The notes under the pieces: generated by a model
Databases searched by the model: none
What the model saw: the letters and a program-made list of their open reading frames with translations, nothing else
What the model was told of the DNA's origin: nothing
Position numbers and translations under genes: made by a program
Source: Tubulanus polymorphus
Lineage: Eukaryota > Animalia > Nemertea
Assembly: GCF_964204645.1 (NCBI RefSeq)
Contig: NC_134027.1
Coordinates: 7,658,485-7,722,484, forward strand
Length of the DNA: 64,000 nucleotides
Direction: 5' to 3'
Part shown: positions 41,401 to 55,075 of the stretch, one piece after another
Layout of the letters: each line of letters begins with the position of its first letter
Numbering within the stretch: position 1 is the first letter of the stretch

Positions 41401-42753
41401 TTTGATAATAGTTTATGTACAAATAACTAAATTCTTATTTCAGGCAACCACCCGGTTTGACACACCTGATAAACCTATTCATTGATCGGTGCTGGCCGTG
41501 TTGGAAAATACCAGAAGTCGTTTCATGGCTTGAACAAAACGTGAAAGAAATTCTGGATAGAATCGATCAGAAAGATCCGGTATCATCAGAATATGCATCG
41601 AAGTAAGTCACTATGATTTCTACCAAAAATTCATGTATTTTTTATTCTACAAAAGTCTGGAAAACATTTTTCTTCATTGAAAATTTTCAAGACGAAGAAT
41701 AAATCCAAATGGTCCAAAAATGCTCCTTTCCGTCCTTAATTTCCAATCTTTCACCCTCGTATTGCCAAATCTGCCATTTTCAAATTGATTGCTGTCAGAA
41801 AATCCTATATTTGCCCTCGGTTGTACAGTTTATTATATGCATTCAAATGATCATTAATATTGTTGGATATTCTATTAATTCTGTAGACGAAATCGAAGAT
41901 ACCAGAAAACTCCGCGTAATATATTTAGGCACATAATCATGTACGATGTTTCTACAGTAACAGCTACTATTCCTTCGGTAAGCTTCGTCGATCCTTTGCA
42001 ACATTTAAATCCTGTATGTTTCATATTTTGGAATCTAACAATTTGTATTGCTGGTTTATTTATAGGAAATCTTGAATCCACCAATCGTTTCGTATGATCC
42101 ATTGCCACCCTTAAACTCAATTCAATCTTATACCAGGCCTGAAAGGTATATTTAGAATACATCCCGTCTAGTACCCCTGTTATTCTCGAAATCCTTCCTT
42201 CAAATTCAAATTAATATTTTCAGGTTAAGAAATCGTCTCAACAATGCGAATGTGCTTTCAATGTTTTTACGTTCTATGATGCCAAATTATAACCCCGAGG
42301 TAAGTTAAACTTGATATTGCCTTCCGATTGAGGTGGCCCTTTTCATCAACACAAGAGATCATTAAAACGAAAAGTAAATTTGACACTCATCCTCTCGGAG
42401 ATTACAACTTTTCGGATGTATTTCTTCAAAAATATCCAAACTAAGGGTGGAACCCCAATAGAGGACTTAGACTTGGCTGCCTTATCCGAGAAATGCCTTT
42501 TCTTCTGAACCCTGGCCTTTCAATTATCCTTGAGCCACCCTTGACACATAGTGATGTTTTATTGTAGGATCCACCAGCTGATCTAGTGGGAGCTGTTGGC
42601 GGTGGTGGTGATACAGATAATGTACGACAAGGTATCGGAGTACTGATGGACGCAATGAGAGACTTATTGCGTAATATACAACCAGTTCCGCCTCCGGTAG
42701 AAAATGGAGAGAATGCAGAAGACCAAGGGCCTATTAATGATGATATTCTGTGA
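38500..42753 (+). CDS. TCF25: Ribosome quality control factor TCF25 (Rqc1/Nulp1)
   Basis: [112 protein letters not shown]...[22 protein letters not shown]; stop at 42751-42753. Confidence 0.95.
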
Positions 42754-43340
42754 TCATTTGGGCCCGATTTCACTAAGAACTGTCATTGCCAGTGGTGTAT
42801 AGGGTATTGAGGGTATAGAATATATTTTGTGTGAAAACATATTTGTTGATAATTGATGAATAAAATGTAAATAAATCTTATATGTAAATAAATTTTGGAA
42901 GCCTTCTTGTGGAATGGATTTTTCCTCCTCCTTAAGACACTGCCAGTTATGAATATACTTCCAGTTCAGTCACCAGTGCCACTACGAATATATTCATAGC
43001 TGATTCTTCCTGTTTGCAATCTGGCACATGGAACAAACCCAGTTCCTGATTGGCTGGCAATGTGAACAAACCCAGCTTCAATCCCGATGCCTATTTATCA
43101 ATTTTCGAGACTAGGCTGACTATGTATTTAACAGCTACGCTGCCAACCTACGAGTATACTCGTAATGACAATTGGGGGTAGCACCAGTATCAAACTGACA
43201 GTTAACGGTACCTACACAAGATGAAAAGGCTTTCCAAAGGTAATATAACAAATATATGTGAACATCTTTATTTAAAACATTACAAAAATTTTTTCTTAAA
43301 ACAACGCCAACAACCTAACTCGATTTTTAGAATTAAAGGA

Positions 43341-43844
43341 TTAACGGAGACAAGGGTGCTTATGAAAGTATTTATCTAAAAATGCTTTTCGGTCGCCTTG
43401 AAGTTCGATCAGCGTTTCCCTGAAATTTCCTCCGCATCCCAGCGATTTTTTTAAATCGGATAAAAGTTCGAATCCATCGCCGGAAATATTCGAAATAACC
43501 GTGACTTTTTTGCCATTATTACGATTCTCAAATGAAATCGGTAGTTTGCCTTTCTTGGTTCTCTTAATCGTATATTGTGGAGTAGAGGACTTGGAAGCTG
43601 CTGAGCTGGCAGCCTGTTCGGTTGATGCTGGTATCTGTTTTGAATCGCCTTGGGCCGATAACGATGCGGAATCAGTTTCTTCTATGCTTGTTGGTGGAGG
43701 TACCACTACTGTCTTCGAAGTATATCGACCTGAACTTGCCGCTGTTTTTAAAGGAAAGTAATCAGCAAATGTTAGAGCTGGAGGTTTTGCTTCCTCTAAC
43801 CGTCGATCTTGAGCAGCACGAGTATTCTTCACTTTCTTTGGCAT
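43341..43844 (-). CDS. SUI1-domain protein of YciH/aIF1-like type with a low-complexity N-terminal extension; intronless CDS
   Basis: C-terminal ENRNNGKKVTVISNI...LKKSLGCGGNFRETLIELQGDRK matches SUI1-family motifs. A likely 5'UTR splice acceptor lies just upstream (~43862). Confidence 0.8.
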   Translation of the reverse strand: MPKKVKNTRAAQDRRLEEAKPPALTFADYFPLKTAASSGRYTSKTVVVPPPTSIEETDSASLSAQGDSKQIPASTEQAASSAASKSSTPQYTIKRTKKGKLPISFENRNNGKKVTVISNISGDGFELLSDLKKSLGCGGNFRETLIELQGDRKAFLDKYFHKHPCLR

Positions 43845-44559
43845 TGTTACTTGTGTATGACCTGAATTAGAATATTGAAAAATATAGATTAGCGAATTCT
43901 TTTAGTGCCACGGCACTGGGGACTGATTTCTGAGTACTAAGAAGAAGAAACCTGGTCCTAGATTATTAGGCAGGGCACATTATTCGATTTGGCTTCAAAT
44001 AGCCTTTAAATTCACCTTAAATTCACAAGATTTTAGCAATTTCGTTTTTTAGATTCCAGTTCGAGCTTCTGCTATCGGTACTGTCTAAACACCGGTCATG
44101 GAATATGCGCGCTAATAAACGGACTCGGACTTATTTCAAATTCCTTGAATTTATTAGTCAAGTTTTTAGAACGAGATTGTTCATAGTGACAAGAAACGCA
44201 ATTAAGTTGGCATAAGAACGTGGGTGGGAAATCTTGGATGATTAATGTCTATTCTTCAATAGACATTAATTACCCTATTACAACTTCCACCCAAGTACCG
44301 GTATATCAACACGAAGCCCGCTGGTTGCCGGACCGCCGGAGCACCGGCACGCAAGCAAAAATCGAACAACAGCAGCTGCAACCTCATCCCTCCTTCAGTT
44401 TCGGTCTGTCAGTTGATTTCCTTTACGTGAAGTACAATTAACGATTTTTTTGGAATTCACAACAAATGATTTGTTGTTACTCGAGTAGATTTATTTTTGC
44501 ACTACGCCGATTCTTCTTAGTATCAACATCAGTCGTGGTAATCTATACATATCACGTAT

Positions 44560-47500
44560 TTACAAATAAGTGTGTTTCTGTTTTCCACAGTCTAACTGCC
44601 TGTATACACCTTGGGGATAGTCTTTTAAGTCATCTTCCTGATCGATTTTTTCCTTCTCTTCTGTGCCGTCATTTGGTTCTGGTATAATGTCTATATTGGC
44701 ATGTTCGACTTTAGCCCAGCCCTGAACTTCGCCGCTACCCATAATACAATACATCAGGAAACCAAAAATAGCTATCCCTGCGCAGATGTAGAACACAATC
44801 TGCCATTCCTCGTGACTTTGCTGTAAGAAGATTAATCATATCTCAGGTATGAATTGCGAATGTATTAAATGAACATTACATAGATAATCCTTTGCCAGTT
44901 CTTGTGGAAATTGACCGACCATGTATGATGAAACTTACCCCGGTCGTCAATGCGCCTACAACAACAGGCGCCAATATACCAGAGGTCGTAGCCACTGTAT
45001 TTGAGAATCCGAATATAATACCCGCATAGCTCGGTCCTATGTCCATAGGGATGCTGACCAACACCGATAAAGCGCAGCCTAACGACCCAACGCCAAGTAT
45101 CAGCATGAACAGTACGACACTATTCATTTCACAATCCAGAAACCCGACTCCAATTACCATACCGGCCGGTATGAAACTACCTACAAATCATAATAGTCGG
45201 ATTATTTTTACTTGGATATGGTCCGATCTAGTGAAGATCTGAATGGTGAATTCAAACCAAATTACTTTTTTTCATAGATGCATTTGGGGACTTGTTGCCC
45301 CTGACGATGTGAGTTTTACCAAAGTTAAATTACTTCAATAGGTTGCACGTTGTTCAGTGTGTCACCAAACGTTTCATGATGAAAACTAACCAAATGCAAA
45401 CATAATTTTCCTGATATATGTTCTCGACAGTACTCTCTTGTTTTGAAGCAAGTCGGAAAAGAATCCTGTACCATTCATTAGTATCCACATCAGAAAATAA
45501 GACATTCCCGTGTATAGACCATTCTATAAACATGCAAACATAACTCATCGTGAGGGATGAAGATCACACGACAGAACTAATGCAGACGTCAAAGTCTGAT
45601 ATCCTTACTTTACTGATGTCCAATTTCAAGACTTCGTTAACGTATGATGGCATATTTGTTAGAAACGTGTAAAATGACCACAGGGCTGCAAAGTGTCCAC
45701 AAGTTGCTCCCCAAACCGCAGGACTCAAAAATAAATCTTTCCATGGAACCTTCGAGGACTGAAATAATAAGAGTTTTAAAAAAAATTTTCTTTTAAGTTA
45801 AAATTCAAATTGTATTGTTAAAAGTTTTACGATAAAACGTTCTGAATTATTTATTTGGTGAATAATTAACCTGGGAACCGAGTTTAATCATTCCCACGAG
45901 ACTCTTTTCTATGTATTTCCTTTCATCGGTGGAAACTCTAGGATGGGTCGCTGGTGTTTCATATACCAGAAACAGCCAGAGTAGACACCAGGCGAGATTC
46001 AGGGAGCCAGTTATGTAGAAAATTGCTTCCCAGCCGACGTAGGCGCAAATATAGCCACCAGTGCCCATTGTCAATACTGTTCCTATGTGGGTACCTGGAG
46101 TAATAAAAACATTTTTACCAGTAGTGTATAAATTTTATTTGCAAGTCGGCAGGATAACTCTTGGTGGATTTGATATAGGACCGGTTGGTAATAGAATAGA
46201 AGATAGGTACCCGCGTATGTAAACGACACTAATTTGCTCCGTTCTGCCGGTGGCACCCAATTTCCAAGAATGGTGTGCAATGATGAAAATACCATGCCCT
46301 TAAAATTCAACATACAAAATCTTCTTTGATACGTCAATGATGTAAATTTCTGGAGAGCAGAAGCGGGGAACGAAAACAATTGTCTGGTGAGCTAGATATA
46401 AATGCGTTTTGTCAACGTCAATCATAATCTTGTCACAAATGAAGTTGTTTATCCGGGAGAAGTTAGTAAGTGAAATTGCGAACTCAGAGGTTACCTGTGC
46501 TGCGCCGACTAGAACTCTGATTAGTACAAGAACTCGATAGTGAAGATTAGCAGTTAATGGACTCATGAGTGTTAAAAAACCGCTTAAAGCCATCGATGAT
46601 AGAGTAACATATTTTCCGCCGAACTTTTTAGCGAGCCAACCGGCTAATACTTGTGTTAATATATAACCCCAATAAAAGGAGCCGAGTAAAAGTCCTTGGA
46701 CCTCTTTCGACCATATAAATCGTCCGTCCTGGGAAAGAGAAAACAGTACGTCTATAGATTTATAGGCATATATGCTTACCATATACTCAAATGAAATCTT
46801 TGGTAACAAATGTTTAAGACTTCTTATATAAATATAGTACTCCACTCAAGTCGGACCTTTGGGGCCGCAAAATGTGTCTGACTTGAGTGGTATCCGAGAA
46901 GAAACTAATGTATTTCATAAATATTGTCTCAAAAATACTTCAACAAACATCCGCCCCGTTGAACGGTTATCCGAGTCGATCGGTTCCGACTCGAGCGGAA
47001 TATACATGTACTACAAAATGAGATAAGAACTGCATACTTTCTGTGAAATCACATCAGTGGAATTTTTCTCTTCACACCAGCCCGTTGTTTTTGGTTCAGT
47101 CGTCATGTTGGTAGTGATATTGGCATCAATGGGTTGATGTTGTCTGATAGCTGTTTGGTTCACCATAGTGACGATAGCCACATTGACGTTTACGCGGGAT
47201 CCATACATTACGCAATTTCCCAAAAACCCAACCATCGCTAACATAAATCGACACGACCGTATCCATTCCAATGAAGCACCTCGAGCAGAAAGAACAAATA
47301 AGGCTTAAAATGATACCTTTGATTCTCCTTATCGGCCGTGTCACTTAAGTAAACTGGAATACAATTTGCAATCAGCAGTTCATTTCTATAGCTGCCGGGT
47401 CTTTTATGGCTAGCCTGTTCATGATTTTTTTTTATCTTAAAATAGGGATTGACCCTTTTATCTATTTGATTGGTAGATTTCGTTTGATTTTCTGTTTAAG

Positions 47501-47884
47501 TGTCCCTTACAAACCCACCACACCTGCTGGGTAATATACCGGGAAGAGGCGGCCGGCCGGGTAAACTTTTAAGCTCAGCACAAAGGAGAAACAATGTATC
47601 AATCTGTTAGCCCAATCATCGCATGAAAAATCCTAAAATATCTTGCAAATCATTTTCAGGCGGTTGGGTATAACCAAAAGTAATTGTGTCATTCTGGTGG
47701 TAAAATCCATAAGTCGTCGATGCGACCCAGACCTAATTATGTATACATCTTATGATTTTGTCGCATTCTCTCGGCTTATATGGGATTAAGGACAGAGTCC
47801 TCGATTCGTAGCCACCAGCTACTTGCAAATTAGACTTGTCCCGTTCAGGTGCTGTGCGCATGGCACATTTGCGTACTTACCCAT
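44560..47884 (-). CDS. SLC17/sialin-like MFS anion transporter, copy A (intact)
   Basis: A micro first exon ATGG|gtaagt at 47881-47884 joins GASLEWIRSCRF...SRVNVNVAIVTMVN. Further motifs: WSKEVQGLLLGSFYWGY, WVPPAERSKL, GWEAIFYITG, VPWKDLFLSPAVW, DIGPSYAGIIFGFSNT, EWQIVFYI...GSGEVQGWA. No frame breaks seen. Confidence 0.9.
46838..47002. mobile_element. Small MITE in an SLC17 intron, present in both duplicates (also ~51915-52075)
   Basis: Imperfect terminal inverted repeats tactccactcaagtcgga / tccgactcgagcggaata. Confidence 0.5.
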
Positions 47885-48849
47885 TTTTAATTAAAAGACC
47901 TTCGCGTGATAAAGCAACAACAAAAACAGTAGCTTGTACTAGACTATATCACTATGATAGGAGGTATAGTATATAGTGCTGTCACTTTGGAAGGCGTCCA
48001 ATCATATCAAGCTTTACTTACGGTAGATAAGAAAACGGCGAAAATGAGAACATGTCAGTTGATAAGGAGGTTTTTACAGGATGTCTATGTAAGCGATCAA
48101 GCTTTAAGATCAGTTATTCACAAACTATAGTTGTCATCATCAATTTTTGGGGTAAGGTTGGTGGACCTGGATGTTTATTCGAGGATGGATTACGTATATT
48201 TTTGAATGGCCATGGAAATGGAGTCGACCAAAATTAAACGAATTGTTCCATTGTGTAGGTTCAACAATTTCAATAATTTCATACTCAATATAATGATCTA
48301 TTGGTTATAACGAACAGATACTCTGATCTGGTCCCACGAAATTCGTTGTAACGAGGTTTCACTGTAGTAACATACTTGTTATGTACTGGGGATAATGTTC
48401 CTTGTTGTTATCTAAAGTTTCAAATAGGATAGAATCAAAAATTGATACATTTCCAAAATAAAGAATGTCCTTCATTACTTTTCACACATAAACCGCAAAT
48501 CTTTCAACGACTGTGTGTGTGGAATACTACCCTGGGGTACACTGAGTAAATAAAGTTTAGCGAAGTATTTTGATAAACAATAATGAAGATGAGTTGTTCA
48601 AATAAAAATAAAACGTATTTATTTTCGGGGCTAAGTAAGAATCTTACAGCACAATATAAATGCAAAAAGTATGAGCTAATATGCCTGTTACATGTGATAC
48701 AAATACAGGAACACGTCGTTTGTATCTTAGTTCTTCTTTTTCAGTTTTCAGCACTTACGCTTTTTCAGAATACGGTTCAGGTGTATACAACATGTACTGT
48801 ATATCAATCCACGGCTATTTCACTTTTTAACGAAACTAGAATTGCAAAT

Positions 48850-49140
48850 ACATGTAATTGAATGATGATGTTGCATAGTGTTCTAGATTGTCGTTATTGT
48901 ACAATGATCGATAAACAGATAGTTGAGAAGATCGAAAATACAGTGTAACGGAGACGAGCAGCAACACCGCCTTAAGATGTATCGCCTCCAGACACGGGCT
49001 CCGGTCTAAGCTTACCACTCGACTCGTTGCTGTCAATCGGTGCATCTTCAGACATTGGACCTTCATGCAACGGGTGGATATACACTGGTTTCACAGTCGG
49101 GTGAATCTTCAAAATAAGATACATTACATTTTAAGAGTTG
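48850..49140 (-). pseudogene. Degenerate duplicated copy of the last two exons of the GPI-anchored TIMP/NtA-like gene
   Basis: Aligns with 53880-54087 and 54267-54340. An internal deletion fuses the two exons and gives an early stop (DSPDCETSVYPPVA*). Confidence 0.8.
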
Positions 49141-49634
49141 GGCATAATGCCAGGTATTTGTCATGTTATTACCGATTAGAATTATTTCCATGAAATCTTT
49201 GTACGCTTCCCAGTGCGACATTTGAACCAGTTAGGCAGAAACCCGTTATCGCTGCTTTGCAGCTATATTTATCCATTTAAATTTCCCACCCAAGTACGTA
49301 TCTTCTCGGCTTCAACGTCCAGAGACAACGAATCTAAGCCAAAAACGAACAACGGCAGATGACCTCTCGGCTCCCTCGTTTCGAGTTTCTGTCATTTGAT
49401 CTCCTTCACGTGATGTTACACTATGACTTTACACGACCAGGTGTCTGACATATCTTTTTGTAATGTAATTCTCTACAAATAATATGTCGTTCAGCTTCTC
49501 GAAATATACCACTGTATCAATTTATTTTTGCACTATTCTAATATCCAACATCATCCGTAATATTTACAGATCAGTGTGTTTCTGTATAAAGTCACTGCCT
49601 GTATACACCTTGGGAATAGTTTTTTAAATGGTCA

Positions 49635-52600
49635 TCATTTTCCGGATCGATTTCCTCCTCTTCTTTGCCGCCATTCGGTTCTGTTAATGTCTAAATTGGC
49701 ATCTAAGGTTCGACTTTTAGCCCAGCCCTGAACTTCGCCGCTACCAATAATACAATACATCAGGAAACCAAAAATAGCTATCCCAGCGCAGATGTAGAAC
49801 ACAACCTGCCATTCCTCGTGACTTTGCTGTAAGAAGATTTATCATATATAACTCATGTGTATATGAAAAGAGAATGGATTAAATGAACAGTACATAATCA
49901 TCCCCTCTTTGCCATTGTTCTCCCAGTTCTCTTACATGCATGATCTTGTGGAAATAATTAGAACCATGAAAGATGAAACCCGCGAGCAATCCGTAGATGA
50001 AACTTACCCCGGTCGTCAATGCACCGACAACAACAGGCGCCAATATACCGGAGGTTGTAGCTACTGTATTTGAGAATCCGAATATAATACCCGCATAGCT
50101 CGGTCCTATATCCATAGGGATGCTGACCAACACCGATAAAGCGCAGCCTAACGAACCAACGCCAAGTATCAGCATGGACAGTATGGCACTATTCATTTCA
50201 CAACCCAGAAACCCGACTCCAATTACCATACCGGCCGGTATGAAACTACCTACAAATCATAATAGTCGGATTATTCTTACTTGGATATGGTCCTATCTAG
50301 TGAAGATCTGAATGGTGAATTCAAACCAAATTACTTTTTTTTCATAGATGCATTTGGGGACTTGTTGCCCCTGACGATGTGAGTTTTACCAAAGTTAAAT
50401 TACTTCAAGAGGTTGCACGTTGTTCAGTGTGTCACCAAACGTTTCATGATGAAAACTAACCAAATGCAAACATAATTTTCCTGATATATGTTCTCGACAG
50501 TACTCTCTTGTTTTGAAGCAAGTCGGAAACGAATCCCGTACCATTCATTAGTATCCACATCAGAAAATATGACATTCCCGTGTATAGGCCATTCTATAAA
50601 CATACAAACATAACTCATAATGTGGGATGAAGATCACACGACAGAACTAATGCAGACGTCAAGGTCTAATATTCTTACTTTACTGATGTCCAATTTCAAG
50701 ACTTCGTTAACATATGATGGCATATTTGTTAGAAACGTGTAAAATGACCACATGCATGCAAAGTCTCCACAAATTGCTCCCCAAACTGCAGGACTCAAAA
50801 ATAAATCTTTCCATGGAACTTTCGAAGACTGAAATAAAAGGAAGTTTTTTTCTTATTTAATTTTGTCTTTAAAGTTAAAATTCCAAATTGTAATGTTAAA
50901 AGTTTTACGATAAAACGTTCTAAATTATTTATTTGGTGAATGATTAACCTGGGAACCGACTTTAATCATTCCCACGAGACTTTTTTCTATGTATTTCCTT
51001 TCATCAGTGGAAACTCTAGGATGGGTCGCTGGTGTTTCATATACCAAGAACAGCCAGAGTAGACACCAGGCGAGATTCAAAGTGCCAGTTATGTAGAAAA
51101 TTGCTTCCCAGCCGACGTAGGCGCAAATATAGCCACCAGTGCCCATTGTCAACACTGTTCCTATGTGGGTACCTGGAGTAATAAAAACAATTGCCGTTAC
51201 TGTATAAACCTAAGTTGCAAGTCGGCAGGATAACTCTTGGTGGATTTGATATAGGACCATGCAGTTGTTTATAGAGTAGAAGATAGGTACCCGCGTATGT
51301 AAACGACACTAATTTGCTCCGTTCTGCCGGTGGCACCCAATTTCCAAGAATGGTGTGTAACGACGAAAATAGCATGCCCTTAAAATTCAATATACAAAAT
51401 ATTTTTGATGTCAATTTCCGGAGAGCACTGTCGACGAGTATAATGCGACAAACGAATAAGAAAATTAATCTGGTCAGCTAGATATAAATGCGTTTTGTCA
51501 GCTTCAATCATAATCTGTCAATTGAAATAATTTCTCTAACCAAGGAGATAGTGAAATTTCGAACAATATTTACAAGATTACCTGTGCTGCCCCGAGTAGA
51601 ACTCTGATTAGTATAAGAACGCTATAGTGAAGAAGCGATTAATGGACTCATCAGTGTTAGCACACTGCTCAAAGCCATCGATATAAGAGAAACATATTTT
51701 CCGCCCAACTTTTTAGCCAGCCAACCGGCCAATACTTGAGTTGACATATAACCCCAATAAAACGAGCCCAGCAAAAGTCCTTGGACTTCTTTCGACCATA
51801 AAAATGGTCCGTCCTGGGAAAGAGAAAACTGTAAGTCTATACACATATCATATACTCAAATGAAATCTTGTGTAATTAACAAATGTTTCTAGGGTTTTCA
51901 TATGTAAATACGATACTACGCTCGAGTCGGACCTTCTGGGGCCGTTGAATGTGTCCGATTTGAGTGATATCCGAAATGGATACTGTGTATTTTATGAATA
52001 GCGTCACAAAAATATTTTTACAAACATCCGAGTTGGATGGTTATCCGGAGCCGTTTCGACTCTAGCTAAGCGAAGTAGGCCCACCATACTATAGAAAGAG
52101 ATAAGAACTGCATACTTGCAGTGAATGCACATCAGTGGAATTTTTCTCTTCACACCAGCTCGTTGTTTTTTGTTCAGTCGTCGTGTTGGTAGTGATATTG
52201 GTATCAATAGCTTGATGTGGTCTTATAGCCGTTTGGTTCACCATATTGGCGATAGCCACACCGATGTTCACGCGGGTTCCATACATTACGCAGTTTCCCA
52301 AAAACCCAACAATCGCTAACATTAATCGACATGACCGTATCCATTCCAATGAAGCACCTCGAGGAGAAAGAACAAATAAGGCTAACATGATACCTTTGTT
52401 TCCTCTAATCGGCAGCGTCAATTTCGGAAATGCAATAGAATTTGCAATCAGTTCATTTCAATAGCTGCGGGATGGTTCCTGATCATTTCCCGGGTAGAGG
52501 CGGCCGGCCGGGTCAACTAAAGCTCCGCAGAAAGGAAAAACAATGAATCTATCAATTTGTTAGCCTTATCATCGCATAAAAAGTGGTAAATCCAATAGTC

Positions 52601-52819
52601 CTCGATGCGACCTAGACCTGATTATGTACGTATCTTATGATTTTGTCGCATTTTCTAGGCTTACCTATGGGATGTGATAGAGTTTCTACGGAAATCGAGG
52701 ACTGAATAGTCCCCGATTCGTAGCCACCAGCTACATTTGCTTTTCCAGCTGACATTGCAAATCAGACTTGCTTCATTCAGAAGGTGCTGTACATATGACA
52801 CAATTGCGTACTGGCCCAT
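49635..52819 (-). pseudogene. SLC17/sialin-like copy B, probably pseudogenised
   Basis: Exon-for-exon paralog of copy A. A 2-nt deletion (gctaatcttcac to gcttcttcac) gives TAG at 51622-51624. The first donor is gccagt rather than gtaagt, and the C-terminal tail is frameshifted. Confidence 0.75.
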
Positions 52820-52903
52820 TTTTATTTAAAAGACCTTCATGTGATAAAGCAACAACGACAAAAAAACAGTAGCTTGTACTATAGACTTTAGGACTACGAT
52901 AGG

Positions 52904-52906
<3 letters not shown>

Positions 52907-52960
<54 letters not shown>
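52907..52960. repeat. (TA)n microsatellite
   Basis: Pure TA run, absent at the homologous site of duplicate A (~47965). Confidence 0.95.
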
Positions 52961-52961
<1 letters not shown>

Positions 52962-53500
52962 GGTAGATAAGAGAACGGACAAAATGAGAACATGTCAGTT
53001 GATAAGGATGATTTCTGCGTCCATTTCGATACAGGGGTGTCAGAAAATATGTAATACATGATATGTAACCGAATCAATTATTCATGAACTATCGTTGTGA
53101 TTATTTTTTGGGGGGTAAATTTGGTGGACCTGGATGTTTGCTCGAGGATGGATTGTTGAAATGCAATGAAAAGCTGTATTTTATGAATGGCCATGAAAAT
53201 GGAGTCGAGCCAATAACCCGAATTGTTCCATTGTGTAGGTTCAACAATTTCAATAATTTCATACTCAATATAATGAACTATCGGTCATAACGAACAGATT
53301 TTCTGATCTGGTCCCACGAAATTCGTTGTTACGAAGTTTCATTGTTGCAGTAGTAACATACATACACGTTATGTACTGGAGATAAATGTCAATTGTTATC
53401 TGAGGTTTCGAAAAGGATAGAATCAAAAATGGATACATTTCCAAATAAAATAATGCCCTTCATATTTTTTCAGACGTAATCCGCAAATTTTCCAACGGTT

Positions 53501-53502
53501 TG

Positions 53503-53537
<35 letters not shown>
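53501..53537. repeat. (TG)n microsatellite
   Basis: TG run, much shorter at the homologous site in duplicate A (~48512). Confidence 0.9.
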
Positions 53538-53538
<1 letters not shown>

Positions 53539-53915
53539 GAATACTACACTGCGGCACACTGAATAAATAAAGTTTACCGAAGTATTTGATAAACAATATT
53601 GAAGATGAGTTGTTCAAATAAAACGTGTTTATTATCGGGGCTAAGTACGAATCTTACAACACAATATAAATGCAAAAAGTATGAGCTATTATGCCTGTTT
53701 GATAGCACTCGGGGCAGGTTATCTTACAAATACAGGAAGACGTCGTTTGTATCTTAGTTCTTACTTTTACAGTTTTCAGCATTTTCCCTTTTTCAGAATA
53801 CGGCTCAGGTGTATTTTACATGTACTGTATATCAATCAACGGCTATTTCACTTTTTAACGAAACTAGAATTGCAAATAATTGAATGATGATGTTGCATAG
53901 TGTTTTAGATTGTCA

Positions 53916-55075
53916 TTATTGTGCAAGGATCGCTAAACAGACAGTTGAGAAGATCGAAAATGCAGTGTAACGGAGACTGGCAGCAACGCCGCTTAAAGAT
54001 CTATCACCACCAGACACGGGCTCCGGTTTAAGTTTGGCACTTGACTCCTTGCCGTCAATCGGTACCTCTTCAGACATTGGGCCTTCATCTGAAAAACGGA
54101 AAAATTTTTGAATTCTCAATCTTTTCCAATCTATATTGATTGTATATTTTTGAATGAAAATCAATTATGTTGATTCTCTTACCATTTTCGTTAATCGTTT
54201 TTTTCGTCGGCGCGACGTCAACAGGGGGCGGTGGTGGAGTGTAGAGTTCACACGAATCAGGGTCAGCAACGGGCGGACATACACTGGTTTCACTGTCGGG
54301 TGAACCTTGAAAATAAGATACATTAGATTTTAAGAGTTGAGTATGGAGCCAGAACCAAGCTCTAGATCCGTATCACGGATTAGATCATGGACGCAAATAC
54401 CCCTATAGTGCTCCCGGTAGGTGCGGTTTTTGAATCGAATTTGCGTTAAGAGTCCATGATAAGATCAAGGGGTTCGAGTGATTTGAGCAACGCCATATAT
54501 TACCACCGAGTTATGACGCAAAACGAAGAAGAAAACCTGCATGTACCAGTGAATCGAAAAAGCTACTGACTCACAACTAAAAATGATTCAGCTAGTTCAC
54601 TGACGCATTGACTCGATGAGACAGAGAGGGGCCCCTCGTCGATTTTTAAGCAGATCTGTCTAGTCTTCCCTCATGACTCAAATATTACAACCGAGAGACT
54701 ATTCGTGCGACCGAGTCAATTCCCGTAATTAGTCACCGCGAAAAAGCTCTTTAAAAGCTAGAACAGGCATGATACGGTTACGGATCAGTCGGTAATGGGA
54801 ATGTCTCATCATATGAGACTCTCATATGATTAGAATTTTGATGAATTTTAAAAGCTGTAGGGAATTATAGGCTATATGATGTCGTTAATATATATACTTA
54901 CCAACAGGTGGCATCGAGAAGAGTCCACATTGCTTGGTTAGTTTTTCGATGTTAGCTTCGTTTTTGTCAATCGTGTCGTGCCACAGACGAAATGTTCCAT
55001 CGTGTTCTGACATAGCGAAAATGTACTCCTTTCCAACTTCCACTTTGGTCTCAATGCACATGCCTGGTATCGCAC
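53916..55075 (-). CDS. Constant exons C1-C3 of a secreted, probably GPI-anchored TIMP/NtA/CCDC3-like OB-fold protein
   Basis: C1 54902-55075 (GAIPGMCIETKVEVGKEYIF...QCGLFSMPPV), C2 54183-54305 (SVCPPVADPDSCELYTPPPPP) and C3 53916-54088 (...SGVAASLRYTAFSIFSTVCLAILAQ*). All junctions are phase-1 GT-AG. The hydrophobic C-terminus has no cytoplasmic tail. Confidence 0.85.

Noticed and set aside
52773-53077. ORFs with YIYIYI repeats
   Set aside because: Translation artefacts of the (TA)n microsatellite.
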